Position numbers and translations under genes: made by a program. The notes beneath the pieces are model-generated. The model saw only the letters and a program-made list of their open reading frames with translations, was not told the origin of the DNA and searched no databases. Below, in pieces: positions 29,395 to 38,070 of a stretch of 64,000 nt of DNA (position 1 is its first letter; every line of letters begins with the position of its first letter). This stretch comes from Candidatus Tepidifontimicrobium thermophilum (GTDB lineage Bacteria; Sysuimicrobiota; Sysuimicrobiia; Sysuimicrobiales; Sysuimicrobiaceae), in the NCBI GenBank assembly GCA_031459915.1, contig JAVKHO010000014.1:16934-80933 (forward strand). Reading direction: 5' to 3'.

Positions 29395-30144
29395 GTGCGC
29401 TGGCTGGCGGGACTGGTGGTGCTGGCGGTGGGCTTGCTGGTGGCCGGGCAGGGACTCTCCGTCTCCGCTGCGGTCCGGATTCGCTACCACGGCCACGCCT
29501 TTTTCGTGGTCACAGCTCCCGACGGGGTCCGATTCGCCATCGACCCCTACGGCCAGATCGGTTACCCCCTCCCAGAGGTGTCCGCGGACGTGGTCCTGGT
29601 CACCCACGAGCACCGGGACCACAACAACGTGGGACTGGTCCGCGGGGCGCGGGCCGTACTGCGGGGCCTGACCGCAGATGGCCGGGATTGGAACCGGATC
29701 CGCGAGCGCGTGGGCGTCACCACGGTGACCTCCATCCCCTCCTTCCACGACGACCAGGGGGGCACCAGCCCGCGCGGCCTCAACACCTTCTTCCTGATGG
29801 AGATGGGTGACCTCCGGCTCGCCCACCTGGGAGACGTGGGTCAGCCTGCCCTCACGGACGCCCAGCTCCGGGCGCTGGGCAGGCTCGACGTGCTGATGAT
29901 CCCTGTGGGCGACGGTCCCTTTACCATCGGTGCGGCCGAGGCCACCCGGATCACCGAGCAGCTCCAGCCCGCGGTGGTCATCCCCATGCACTACAAGACC
30001 GCCGCCCGACCCGACTGGCCCGGCACGGACGAGGGGCCGTTTCTGGAAGGCAAGCGGGACGTCCTGCGGACCGGGACCACCTACGAGGTCCGCAAGGACC
30101 GTCTCCCCAGACCGACCCGGGTGGTGGTGATGGCCTGGAGATAG
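29395..30144 (+). CDS. Exported MBL-fold metallohydrolase
   Basis: Signal peptide, YHGHAFF, IDPY, THEHRDH, HLGD, IPMHY. Confidence 0.88.
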   Translation: MRWLAGLVVLAVGLLVAGQGLSVSAAVRIRYHGHAFFVVTAPDGVRFAIDPYGQIGYPLPEVSADVVLVTHEHRDHNNVGLVRGARAVLRGLTADGRDWNRIRERVGVTTVTSIPSFHDDQGGTSPRGLNTFFLMEMGDLRLAHLGDVGQPALTDAQLRALGRLDVLMIPVGDGPFTIGAAEATRITEQLQPAVVIPMHYKTAARPDWPGTDEGPFLEGKRDVLRTGTTYEVRKDRLPRPTRVVVMAWR

Positions 30145-30226
30145 CCTTTCCCGGCGCGTAGGACCCGCCACGGTGAGGGGACAGCTCACGCCCCACGCTG
30201 TCGCCGCCCGTAGCGCCGTGCACCTT

Positions 30227-30991
30227 CTACTGGACCAGCCGGCGGCGCAGCAGCACCGCCGGGACGGGCAGGAGTACCACGGCCACCGCCGCCAGCCAGA
30301 CTACCTCCGGGACCGCGGCCACCGGGGTCCCGAAGGCCAGGGCCCGGGTCGCGCGCACCACGTGGTACAGCGGCGTGAACCACGCCGCGGTCTGCACCCA
30401 CCCCGGTAGGGCGTCCAGGGGAAAGAAGATCCCGCTGAACATGAACATGGGCGTGATCCACAGAGAGAAGTAATACGGGAACAGGTCGATGGAGGGTGTC
30501 ACCGCGGTGAACGCCAGGGCCACCGTAGAGAACACGACCCCGCCGAGGAAAAACACCCCGGGGAGGGCCAGCGCCCACAAAGACCGTGCCACGCCGAACA
30601 AAGCTACGACCAGGAGGAAAGCGGTCCCGTAGATCACGCTGCGGGTGGCGCCCCACAGGACTTCCCCCACCGCCACGTCCTCCGCGGAAAGGGGCGTGGT
30701 GACGATGGCGTCGTAGGACCGGTCGTAGTAGAACTGGACGTAGGCGTTGTACGTACACTCGAAGGTGGCGCCGAACATCGCCGCGGAGGCCGCCAGACCC
30801 GTGGCCACGAATGCCACGTACGGGAGGCCCTGGATCTCCCTCAGGTAGGCCCCGAGCCCGAGCCCGAGGGCCAACAGGTACACGACGGGTTCCAGGAAGT
30901 TCTCCGGGACCGTGAAAGGGAACGTCTTCCGGAAGATCAGCAGGTTCCGCTGCCAGAACCGGAAAGCCCCCACCGGCGAGAAGTCCATCAC
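30227..30991 (-). CDS. ABC-2 permease (NodJ-like)
   Basis: FLEPVVYL..GLGLG, ATFECTY, TPMFMFSGIFFP, PLYH. Confidence 0.88.
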   Translation of the reverse strand: MMDFSPVGAFRFWQRNLLIFRKTFPFTVPENFLEPVVYLLALGLGLGAYLREIQGLPYVAFVATGLAASAAMFGATFECTYNAYVQFYYDRSYDAIVTTPLSAEDVAVGEVLWGATRSVIYGTAFLLVVALFGVARSLWALALPGVFFLGGVVFSTVALAFTAVTPSIDLFPYYFSLWITPMFMFSGIFFPLDALPGWVQTAAWFTPLYHVVRATRALAFGTPVAAVPEVVWLAAVAVVLLPVPAVLLRRRLVQ

Positions 30992-31914
30992 TCCCGCAAC
31001 CTCCTGCCGGTGAGCCGCAGGAACACGTCCTCCAGGGTCGCCCGCCGAAGGACCACCGCCTCCACGGGAAGCCGGAGCGCCCGCACCCGGTGCACCAGCT
31101 CTTCACCGTCGCGGGTGTGGAGGAACACCCGGTCGCCCGCCACTTCAAAACCCTCCGCGAGGCCTGCGGCCTGCTCTGCCACAGCCCACGCCGGGGCTCC
31201 GTCCGCCGCCACCTGCAGCTCCACCACCTCCCGCCCCACGTAGCGCTCCACCAGCTCCCGGGGCGGTCCTTCGGCCACGATGCGCCCGTGGTCCACGATG
31301 GCGACCCGGTCGCACAGGTGCTCGGCCTCCTCCATGTAGTGGGTGGTCAAGATCTGAGTCACTCCCCCACGCTTGAGCTGTCGCAGCCGGTCCCACACCG
31401 CGTGGCGTGCCTGGGGATCCAGCCCGGTGGTGGGCTCGTCCAGGACCAGCAGCCGGGGGTTGGCCATCAGGGCCCGGGCGATCATCAGCCGGCGCTGCAT
31501 CCCCCCCGACAGTTTCGACACCCGTTCGTCCGCGCGTGCCTCCAGCTCCGCGAAGGCCAGCAGCTCGTCCGCCCGCCGCCGCGCTTCCGCCCAGCTCAGG
31601 TCGAAGTACCGTCCGTACACCACCAGGTTCTCCCGGACGGTGAGGGCGTCGTCCAGGGTCACGGACTGGTGTACCACGCCCAGCTGGCGTTTGATGGCCC
31701 TCCCGTGACGTCGGACGTCCAGTCCGAACACGCGCAACGAACCGGCCGTCGGCCGGGCGGTGCAGCAGACCATGCGCATGGTGGTGGTCTTGCCGGCTCC
31801 GTTGGGGCCCAGGAAGCCGTAGCACTCCCCCTCCCGGACCTGGAAGGAGATCCGATCCACGGCCACCAAACTCCCGAACCGCTTGAGCAACTCCTCCGCT
31901 TCCACCAGGGCCAC
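30988..31914 (-). CDS. ABC-2 ATPase (NodI-like)
   Basis: GPNGAGKTT, LSGGMQRR, DEPTTGLDPQAR, TTHYMEEA, LEDVFLRLTGR. Confidence 0.93.
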   Translation of the reverse strand: MALVEAEELLKRFGSLVAVDRISFQVREGECYGFLGPNGAGKTTTMRMVCCTARPTAGSLRVFGLDVRRHGRAIKRQLGVVHQSVTLDDALTVRENLVVYGRYFDLSWAEARRRADELLAFAELEARADERVSKLSGGMQRRLMIARALMANPRLLVLDEPTTGLDPQARHAVWDRLRQLKRGGVTQILTTHYMEEAEHLCDRVAIVDHGRIVAEGPPRELVERYVGREVVELQVAADGAPAWAVAEQAAGLAEGFEVAGDRVFLHTRDGEELVHRVRALRLPVEAVVLRRATLEDVFLRLTGRRLRE

Positions 31915-32030
31915 GTAGGCTGGATTCGGAGGATCCCCGCGGACTTCCTGGCCTCGCAGTTGCGCTCAATCCCAGGGCCGGGTAGGGTCGGGCTTGAAGC
32001 CATAGGACGGCCACGAGGGAGGTGAAGCGT

Positions 32031-32366
32031 ATGGTGCACGAGGTATACCCGCACCCCACGCGGGAGCTGGCAGCCAGGCGTCGGGAGCTGCAGCCGGAGA
32101 CCCTGGACGCCTTCCGGCGTTTCTCCCAGCAGGTGTTCGCCGAGGGAGCCCTCCCGGCCAAGACCAAACAGCTCATCGCAGTGGCGGTGGCCCACGTGAC
32201 GCAGTGTCCGTACTGCATCCGCAGCCACACCAAAGCCGCCCGACAGCACGGTGCCAGTCCTGAGGAGATCATGGAGGCCATCTGGGTGGCCGCGGAGATG
32301 CGGGCCGGAGCCGCCTACGCCCACGCCCTGTTGGCCCTGGACGCGCTGGAGGAGGACAGCGGCTAG
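32031..32366 (+). CDS. AhpD-like CMD family protein (CPYC)
   Basis: GALPAKTKQLIAVAVAHVTQCPYCIRSH, EAIWVAAEMRAG. Confidence 0.9.
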   Translation: MVHEVYPHPTRELAARRRELQPETLDAFRRFSQQVFAEGALPAKTKQLIAVAVAHVTQCPYCIRSHTKAARQHGASPEEIMEAIWVAAEMRAGAAYAHALLALDALEEDSG

Positions 32367-32396
32367 ATCCCTGCGGTACGGGCCCTCCGACTGCCG

Positions 32397-32771
32397 TCAG
32401 AACCCCGAGGAGCTGACGGTAGAGGTGCCGTCGCCGGAGAGCGTCACGGTGACCGTAGCCCCCTCCACCCGGGTCCCCGAGCGGCCCGTGGCCACCATCT
32501 GGCAGGCAGTACCGCCACACGAGACGTAGGAGAAGTCCCAGTTCTCGGTGGAGGCTGGCGAGGCAGTGAAACCGTCGAAGGTCTGCTTCTCGGCGTAGAA
32601 GCTCCAGGCGAACTCCCGCATCTCCTGGAGGCGCTCCGCGGCCTCGGCGAAGTACGCGTTGCGCCGTGCCGAGAGGTACGAAGGGAACGCCAGGGCCAGC
32701 AGGATGCCGAGGATGACCAGGACCATGATCAGCTCGACCAGGGTGAAGCCGGCCTCGAATCTGCCGCGCAC
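32397..32771 (-). CDS. Type IV pilin-like protein
   Basis: Class III signal G|FTLVELIMVLVILGILLALAFP; GGAAGGAGG RBS; one Cys pair. Confidence 0.9.
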   Translation of the reverse strand: MRGRFEAGFTLVELIMVLVILGILLALAFPSYLSARRNAYFAEAAERLQEMREFAWSFYAEKQTFDGFTASPASTENWDFSYVSCGGTACQMVATGRSGTRVEGATVTVTLSGDGTSTVSSSGF

Positions 32772-32853
32772 GGCGACCCTCCTTCCCCCCCCGTACGTGG
32801 GTATCTACCCAAGAGGAGGAGGACTTAGACCTCCGGAAGGACGAGCCGCCTTT

Positions 32854-33264
32854 TTATCCGTCCGGATGTACAGGCTGCCGGACGGAGCCTTGCCGCCCGG
32901 CTGCCAGTTCCCGAAGGGGGCAGTACGCGTCGAGCCAGCTCGTGACCTGTTCCCGCGCCCAGTGCGCCCACGGGCGGTCGCCGTACTCGGCCCGCCGGGC
33001 GGCGGAAAAAACCCTCAGGTCATCTCCTCCACCCCGGGCGGCAAAGGAAAGCAGGAGCCCGCACGGGTAGTGCACGCACAGGCCGCAGTGCTCCACCCGC
33101 CGGCGCTTAGCGCACAGCCGGATGGGACACGCCGCCTGGCCCAGGATTTCTTCCTGGGACGCGCACGAGAACGGGAGTGCCTCATACCAGGCACTGCCCT
33201 CCCAGTAGGCCCCGCAGACCCCCGCGTACCGCTCGGCCTGCCTCCCTCTCCAGTCACCTGCCAT
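32854..33264 (-). CDS. DUF3795-like Cys-rich protein with degenerate N-terminal Cys
   Basis: CPIRLCAKRRRVEHCGLCVHYPC pattern; N-terminus GVCGAYWEGS where CG..C..C is expected. Confidence 0.65.
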   Translation of the reverse strand: MAGDWRGRQAERYAGVCGAYWEGSAWYEALPFSCASQEEILGQAACPIRLCAKRRRVEHCGLCVHYPCGLLLSFAARGGGDDLRVFSAARRAEYGDRPWAHWAREQVTSWLDAYCPLRELAAGRQGSVRQPVHPDG

Positions 33265-33341
33265 GGCTCACCGCCTCCTGCTACCAGTTAGCGGAGCGGC
33301 GACTGACCCGGCCATCGGCTCGACGCCCGATTCCGGACCGG

Positions 33342-33350
33342 TGGTATTCT
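33342..33350 (+). promoter_or_regulatory. Extended -10 (TGnTATTCT) for the copper operon leader ORF
   Basis: TGGTATTCT ends 10 nt before the ATG at 33361, implying a very short leader. Confidence 0.5.
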
Positions 33351-33360
33351 GGGGACCGGA

Positions 33361-33735
33361 ATGGTCGGCGTCCGGCTCGCTGCGGTGCTGTGGGCCGTGC
33401 TCCTGCTGGGCCCCCTGGTCGATCCCCACGCCCACGACCTGTACCACACGCACTGGGTGCTTTCCGAGGCCATCCCGAGCCCGGGATGGGACGTACCGGC
33501 CGGCCAGTCCCCGCCAAGGCCCGACCGGTCTCCCCATGCTCCTGGCGTGGTCTGGCTCCGCGGCGCGGACCCGTCTGTGCCGGCGGTGGTGCACCTGGGG
33601 GCCCTGGTGCCGGGGGCTGCGGTGCCGGTGCTGCTCGTCCCGCCCATGCTGGGGCCCCAGCTAGACGCAGGCCCCTGCGGCTCGTGGACTTCCGCGGACC
33701 TAGACCCCCAGGATCCCCCTCCCCGCCGCGCCTGA
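33361..33735 (+). CDS. His-rich membrane-anchored leader protein with C-terminal PxxPPPR (CutF/CruR/DUF2946-like)
   Basis: Hydrophobic N-terminus, HAHDLYHTH, ends DPQDPPPRRA*; first gene of the copper cluster. Confidence 0.6.
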   Translation: MVGVRLAAVLWAVLLLGPLVDPHAHDLYHTHWVLSEAIPSPGWDVPAGQSPPRPDRSPHAPGVVWLRGADPSVPAVVHLGALVPGAAVPVLLVPPMLGPQLDAGPCGSWTSADLDPQDPPPRRA

Positions 33736-33799
33736 CCACGCATCAGGGTTCGTGACCGAAGGGGTCCCCGACGCCCCCGTCGGGCACAGGAGGTATGCC

Positions 33800-34402
33800 A
33801 TGATCTGGAGGGCAACTGCGGTCTTGGCGGTCCTGAGCGCGTCAGCGGTGGCCACGGTGGCCTGCTCCCGCACGGAGGCTCTCCGGGGCCAGCAGCTGGA
33901 TCCCCCTCGCCCGGTCCCGGACCTAGTGGCCCGGGACCAGCGGGGCCAGGTGTTCCGGTTGGCCGACCAGCGGGGCAAGGTGGTGGTCCTGTTCTTCGGC
34001 TACACCACGTGTCCGGACGTGTGCCCGGCCACCCTGGCGCGGTGGAAGCGGGTCCGGCAGCAGCTGGGCGACGATGCGGCCCGGGTGCGGTTCGTGTTCG
34101 TCACCGTGGATCCCGAACGGGACACCGCCCAGAAGGTGAGGGAGTACCTGGAGCTGTTCAGCCAGGACTTCATCGGGCTAGTGGGCTCGGAGTCGGAACT
34201 GCGGCCCTTCTACCAGGCCTTCGGCGCCGCGTTTGAGAAGGTACCGCAGCCGGGTAGCGCCGCCGGCTACCTGGTGGCGCACACCGCCGCGGTCCCCGTG
34301 GTAGACACCCAGGGGCGCTGGCGGCTTCGGTTCACCCAGGAGACCTCCGTGGACGACTACGTCCACGACCTCCGGGTGCTGCTCCGGGAGAGGAAATCTT
34401 GA
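33800..34402 (+). CDS. SCO1/SenC copper chaperone (lipoprotein)
   Basis: Lipobox TVAC, FFGYTTCPDVCP, TVDPERD, YLVAH; AGGAGG RBS. Confidence 0.95.
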   Translation: MIWRATAVLAVLSASAVATVACSRTEALRGQQLDPPRPVPDLVARDQRGQVFRLADQRGKVVVLFFGYTTCPDVCPATLARWKRVRQQLGDDAARVRFVFVTVDPERDTAQKVREYLELFSQDFIGLVGSESELRPFYQAFGAAFEKVPQPGSAAGYLVAHTAAVPVVDTQGRWRLRFTQETSVDDYVHDLRVLLRERKS

Positions 34403-34422
34403 GAACGGAGGGAGGGTTGAAG

Positions 34423-34866
34423 ATGAGGACGGCAGCAATTCTCGCAGCCCTGCTACTGGCTGTGGGCCTTGCCCAGGCAGGGCAGGCGCCGGTGGAGGTG
34501 AAAAACCCGTGGGCCCGTCCCGGGAACCGCGGGGGCAATAGCGCGGTGTACATGGAGATCCACAACGCGCAGGCGTACGCTGACCGCCTGGTGGCCGCGG
34601 GCACCGACGTGGCGGAGGCGGTGGAGCTACACGAGACCCGCGTGGAGGGCGGGATGCACCGCATGAACAAGGTGGAGGCCATCGACGTACCGCCCAACGG
34701 CAGGGTAGAGCTGCGGCCCGGTGGCCTCCACGTCATGCTGATCAAGTTGAACACCGCCCTGCGGGTGGGCGACCGGTTCCCCCTGATCCTGCGGTTCGAG
34801 CGGGCCGGTCGTCTCACCGTAGAAGTGGTGGTGCGCGAGCAGGCGGCAGGAGGGGAACACCGGTGA
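34423..34866 (+). CDS. PCu(A)C periplasmic copper chaperone
   Basis: PWAR, SAVYM, ELHE..MHRM, LRPGGLHVML. Confidence 0.95.
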   Translation: MRTAAILAALLLAVGLAQAGQAPVEVKNPWARPGNRGGNSAVYMEIHNAQAYADRLVAAGTDVAEAVELHETRVEGGMHRMNKVEAIDVPPNGRVELRPGGLHVMLIKLNTALRVGDRFPLILRFERAGRLTVEVVVREQAAGGEHR

Positions 34867-35651
34867 AAGCCCGCCGAGCTCCGCTGGGCTGGCCGCTGGC
34901 GGCTCTGGCGGGTGCAGGCTTCCTCCTGAGCGGGTACCTTTGGTTCGGCACCGGCGGGGCAGAGCTGCGGCTCTGCCCCGCCGGCAGCGGCTGCCAGGTC
35001 GTACAGTCCAGCCGGTACGCGTTCCTCCTGGGAGTCCCGCTTCCCGTGTACGGGCTCGTGTACTACGGAGTTCTGCTGGTGGTGTCGGGATGGGGTACGG
35101 ACCCCGCACGGCGCTGGCAGCTGGCGCTGCCGGTAGCGGCCGCCGGTTCGGGGGCGTCCCTGGTGTTCCTGGGCGTGCAGCGCTTCGTCCTGCAGACCTT
35201 CTGCACCCTCTGCGTCCTGTCTGCCGTGCTGTCGTTCGCTCTGCTCGCCCTGAGCTGGACGTACACCCGCCCCAAGGTAGGGTGGCCCGTGATGGTGCTG
35301 CCGGCGCTGGCCGCCCTCGTGGCGGTTGTGGGCGGCTACACCCTGACAGAACGCCAGACGGCGGCCACCGCCTACGCGGAGGGGCTGGCCAAGCACCTCG
35401 CGGCGTCAGGCGCCAGGTTCTACGGAGCCTACTGGTGTCCACACTGTACGGAGCAGAAGCGGATGTTCGGCGACGCAGCACGGTACCTCCCGTACGTGGA
35501 GTGCGACGCCCGCGCTCCGGACGGAAGGCCCGAGGAGTGCAGGAAGGCCGGGGTCCGGGCCTACCCCACGTGGGTGATCGGAGGACGGAAGTACGAGGGG
35601 ACGATCCCCCTGGAGGAACTGGCCAGGCTGTCCGGCTACCCGCCGCCATGA
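34863..35651 (+). CDS. VKOR-thioredoxin fusion
   Basis: VKOR loop C..C..VQSSRYA, active-site CTLC, Trx domain YGAYWCPHC, YVEC..C, YPTW. Confidence 0.92.
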   Translation: MKARRAPLGWPLAALAGAGFLLSGYLWFGTGGAELRLCPAGSGCQVVQSSRYAFLLGVPLPVYGLVYYGVLLVVSGWGTDPARRWQLALPVAAAGSGASLVFLGVQRFVLQTFCTLCVLSAVLSFALLALSWTYTRPKVGWPVMVLPALAALVAVVGGYTLTERQTAATAYAEGLAKHLAASGARFYGAYWCPHCTEQKRMFGDAARYLPYVECDARAPDGRPEECRKAGVRAYPTWVIGGRKYEGTIPLEELARLSGYPPP

Positions 35652-36655
35652 GACGCTTGCTGCTCGCCTGGCTGGTCTTCGCGGCCCTCGCCGTGGCCAC
35701 ACCCGCTGAGGCCCAGGTGCGGTGCCTGTCGTCGTTTCCTGCGCCGGGGACGCGGCTGGAGGCACCTCCCGGCAGCGTCATCTTGTGGATGAACGAGCCG
35801 GTGGACCTCCAGCTGAGTCAGTTCCGGGTCCTGGACCCCCGCGGCCGGCGGTTCGACCTGCCCGCCCGGATCTCCGCGGACGGTCTGCGGGTGGAGGTTC
35901 CGCTGTACCCCCTTCCCGACGGCGTGTACGTGGTGCACTACCGGGCGGCGTCGGTCCTGAACGGGCACGTGAGCGTGGGGCTGTACAGCTTCGGGGTCCG
36001 CACGGCCGTCGAGGTGGAGGAGAGATCCTTTGCCGGGGTGGCGGCGCTGCGCGCGGTGGGCGCCGCGGCCACCCTGGCCGCACTCGCGTCGGGCTCAGTC
36101 CTCGGCGCAGTTCTGGCCACGCTGACCGCGTTTCTGGAGTGGGCGCAGGCCTCGCTCTTCACGGTCCCGGCTCCCTGGCCGATCCTGCTGCACGGTGGGT
36201 GGGTCGGTCTGCTGCTGGCCGGGACCCAGCCGGGGTGGGCCCTGCTCCTGGCCACCGCCACTACAGCCGCGTGGGCGGTACCCGTCCGGCCTCCCCGGAC
36301 GCTGCTACGTCTGGTGGCCGCGGCCTGGATCCTGCTGGTCACGCCCGTAGTGGCCGCCGCAGGCGGGCCCCTGAGCTTGCTGGCCAGCAGCCACGGCCCC
36401 GCCCTGGTCCTCATGGTGGCGGCCTACGGGACCGCGGGCGTGCTCGCTGCTCTCGCGCTGCCCGTCCTGGGCGTGCGGGTACAGGAGCCTTCCTGGACGC
36501 GGCTGCTGCTGGCCCTGCTGCTCGCCGCGGCGTGGGCGCTGCGACCTGCGAGGGACGTGGGTGAGTTCTTCGCGCTGTGGACGGCTCTGGGCGCCCTGTG
36601 CGCTGGGGCGTACCTGCTGGGCCAGGGTCGCCTGCGGTGGGGGATTCGGCGGTGA
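35648..36655 (+). CDS. CopC-like domain plus multi-TM membrane domain
   Basis: Signal ending AEA, SSFPAPG..L..PP, NEPV, GVYVVHYR..SVLNGH..YSFGV; hydrophobic C-terminal half. Confidence 0.8.
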   Translation: MRRLLLAWLVFAALAVATPAEAQVRCLSSFPAPGTRLEAPPGSVILWMNEPVDLQLSQFRVLDPRGRRFDLPARISADGLRVEVPLYPLPDGVYVVHYRAASVLNGHVSVGLYSFGVRTAVEVEERSFAGVAALRAVGAAATLAALASGSVLGAVLATLTAFLEWAQASLFTVPAPWPILLHGGWVGLLLAGTQPGWALLLATATTAAWAVPVRPPRTLLRLVAAAWILLVTPVVAAAGGPLSLLASSHGPALVLMVAAYGTAGVLAALALPVLGVRVQEPSWTRLLLALLLAAAWALRPARDVGEFFALWTALGALCAGAYLLGQGRLRWGIRR

Positions 36656-37125
36656 CGCGGCCGACCTGGGACCTGGTCGTGCTGGGGGCTGTGGTGGCCC
36701 TGCTGGGCTTCGGCACCGTGGCCTGGGGGCTGCGTTCGCGCCGCGGCTCCTCGGTGTGGGTGGGGGTTTTCGTCCTGGCGACCGCGGGCCTGTTCTTCCA
36801 CCAGGCGGTGCGGATCTCGAGGCTCCCACCCCGCAACCCCATTCCCGCCACCGAACAGTCGGTGCAGCTCGGCCACCAACTGTACCGCGCTCACTGCGCC
36901 GTTTGCCACGGATCCGAAGGACGTGGGGACGGGCCTGCGGCCGCGAGCCTAGTGCCCAGGCCCGCGGACCTACGGCGCACCGCGCGCATGGCAGACCCGT
37001 TGCTGTTCACCCGCATCACCGAAGGCCTGCCGGGAACCGCCATGCCTGCGTTCCGAGACGTCCTGACCGAGGAGGAACGCTGGCACGTGGTGAACTTCCT
37101 CCGAGCTCTGGCGGACCGGCCGTGA
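36652..37125 (+). CDS. Membrane-anchored monoheme cytochrome c
   Basis: Two TM helices, NPIP, CAVCH, GDGP, AMPAF, WHVVNF. Confidence 0.9.
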   Translation: MTRPTWDLVVLGAVVALLGFGTVAWGLRSRRGSSVWVGVFVLATAGLFFHQAVRISRLPPRNPIPATEQSVQLGHQLYRAHCAVCHGSEGRGDGPAAASLVPRPADLRRTARMADPLLFTRITEGLPGTAMPAFRDVLTEEERWHVVNFLRALADRP

Positions 37126-37652
37126 GGGAAGCCCTACTTCCACCGTTCCTGCACGGTGCGCTGACCGGAGGTGGGCCCGGGTTTCTGGGCTGGACCCTCC
37201 TCATAGCCGGTCTGCTGCTGGCCTTCTACGGCGTGAAGGCAAGCCTGCGGACCGCGGAGGGGCGGGCTTTCTTCCTGGCGGGTCTTGCCGCTGCAGCCGT
37301 GAGCGGGGCCGGGCTGCTGCGACCAGCCCCGCCTCCTGCGGTCGTACCCTCCCGCAACCCGGTCCCCCTCACCGCGGAGTCCGTGGAGGCCGGGCGGCGG
37401 GTGTACGAGGTGCACTGCGCCGCGTGCCACGGCCAACAGGGGGCTGGCGACGGTCCCGCAGCCGCAGGCTTAGCCAGGGGGCCGGCGGACCTGCGCCTGC
37501 ACGTTCCCATGCACTCGGACGGGCAGCTGTACCTGTGGATCACAGTGGGCGTCCCGGGAAACGCCATGCCGCCCTTCGGGGATCGTTTGAGCGACGAGGA
37601 CCGCTGGCATGTAGTTAACTACCTGAGGGTCCTGGCCCTGAGCGCCCGTTGA
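37122..37652 (+). CDS. Membrane-anchored monoheme cytochrome c (paralogue)
   Basis: Two TM helices, NPVP, CAACH, GDGP, HSDGQL, AMPPF, WHVVNY. Confidence 0.9.
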   Translation: MREALLPPFLHGALTGGGPGFLGWTLLIAGLLLAFYGVKASLRTAEGRAFFLAGLAAAAVSGAGLLRPAPPPAVVPSRNPVPLTAESVEAGRRVYEVHCAACHGQQGAGDGPAAAGLARGPADLRLHVPMHSDGQLYLWITVGVPGNAMPPFGDRLSDEDRWHVVNYLRVLALSAR

Positions 37653-37698
37653 TACACGGGTGTGACGGAGGACAGACAGGTTGCGGTGGAGGTGAGCG

Positions 37699-38070
37699 GT
37701 GAGGGCATACAGAACCCTTGTGGCCGTGCTGGCCTGCGCTGGCCTTGTGGGAGTTGCGGCCGCGCACGCGAAGCTGGTACGCGCGGAGCCGGCTCCCGGA
37801 GCGGTGCTGCGCACTGCCCCCCGCGTGGTGCGCGCGGTTTTCAACGAGGAGCTCGCAGCACGCGGCAGCTTCCTCGTGGTCGTGGACGCGCGGGGCCGGC
37901 GGGTAGACGACGGCAAGAGCGGGCTGGACCTGGACGACCTGGACCGCAGGACCCTCCTGGCCAGGCTGCGGCCATTGGGGCCCGGCCGGTACACGGTCCG
38001 CTGGCAGGCCACCTCCGCGGACGACGGCTACGTGGCGCGGGGTAGCTACGTCTTCACCGTGCGGCCGTGA
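37699..38070 (+). CDS. copC: CopC copper-binding protein
   Basis: Signal AAA|HAKL with His1, FNEE, YTVRW, but SADDGY where DGH is usual. Confidence 0.88.
   Translation: MRAYRTLVAVLACAGLVGVAAAHAKLVRAEPAPGAVLRTAPRVVRAVFNEELAARGSFLVVVDARGRRVDDGKSGLDLDDLDRRTLLARLRPLGPGRYTVRWQATSADDGYVARGSYVFTVRP

Noticed and set aside
30227..31914. Nod factor export (nodIJ)
   Set aside because: This ABC-2 family is widespread and no nod synthesis genes are present.
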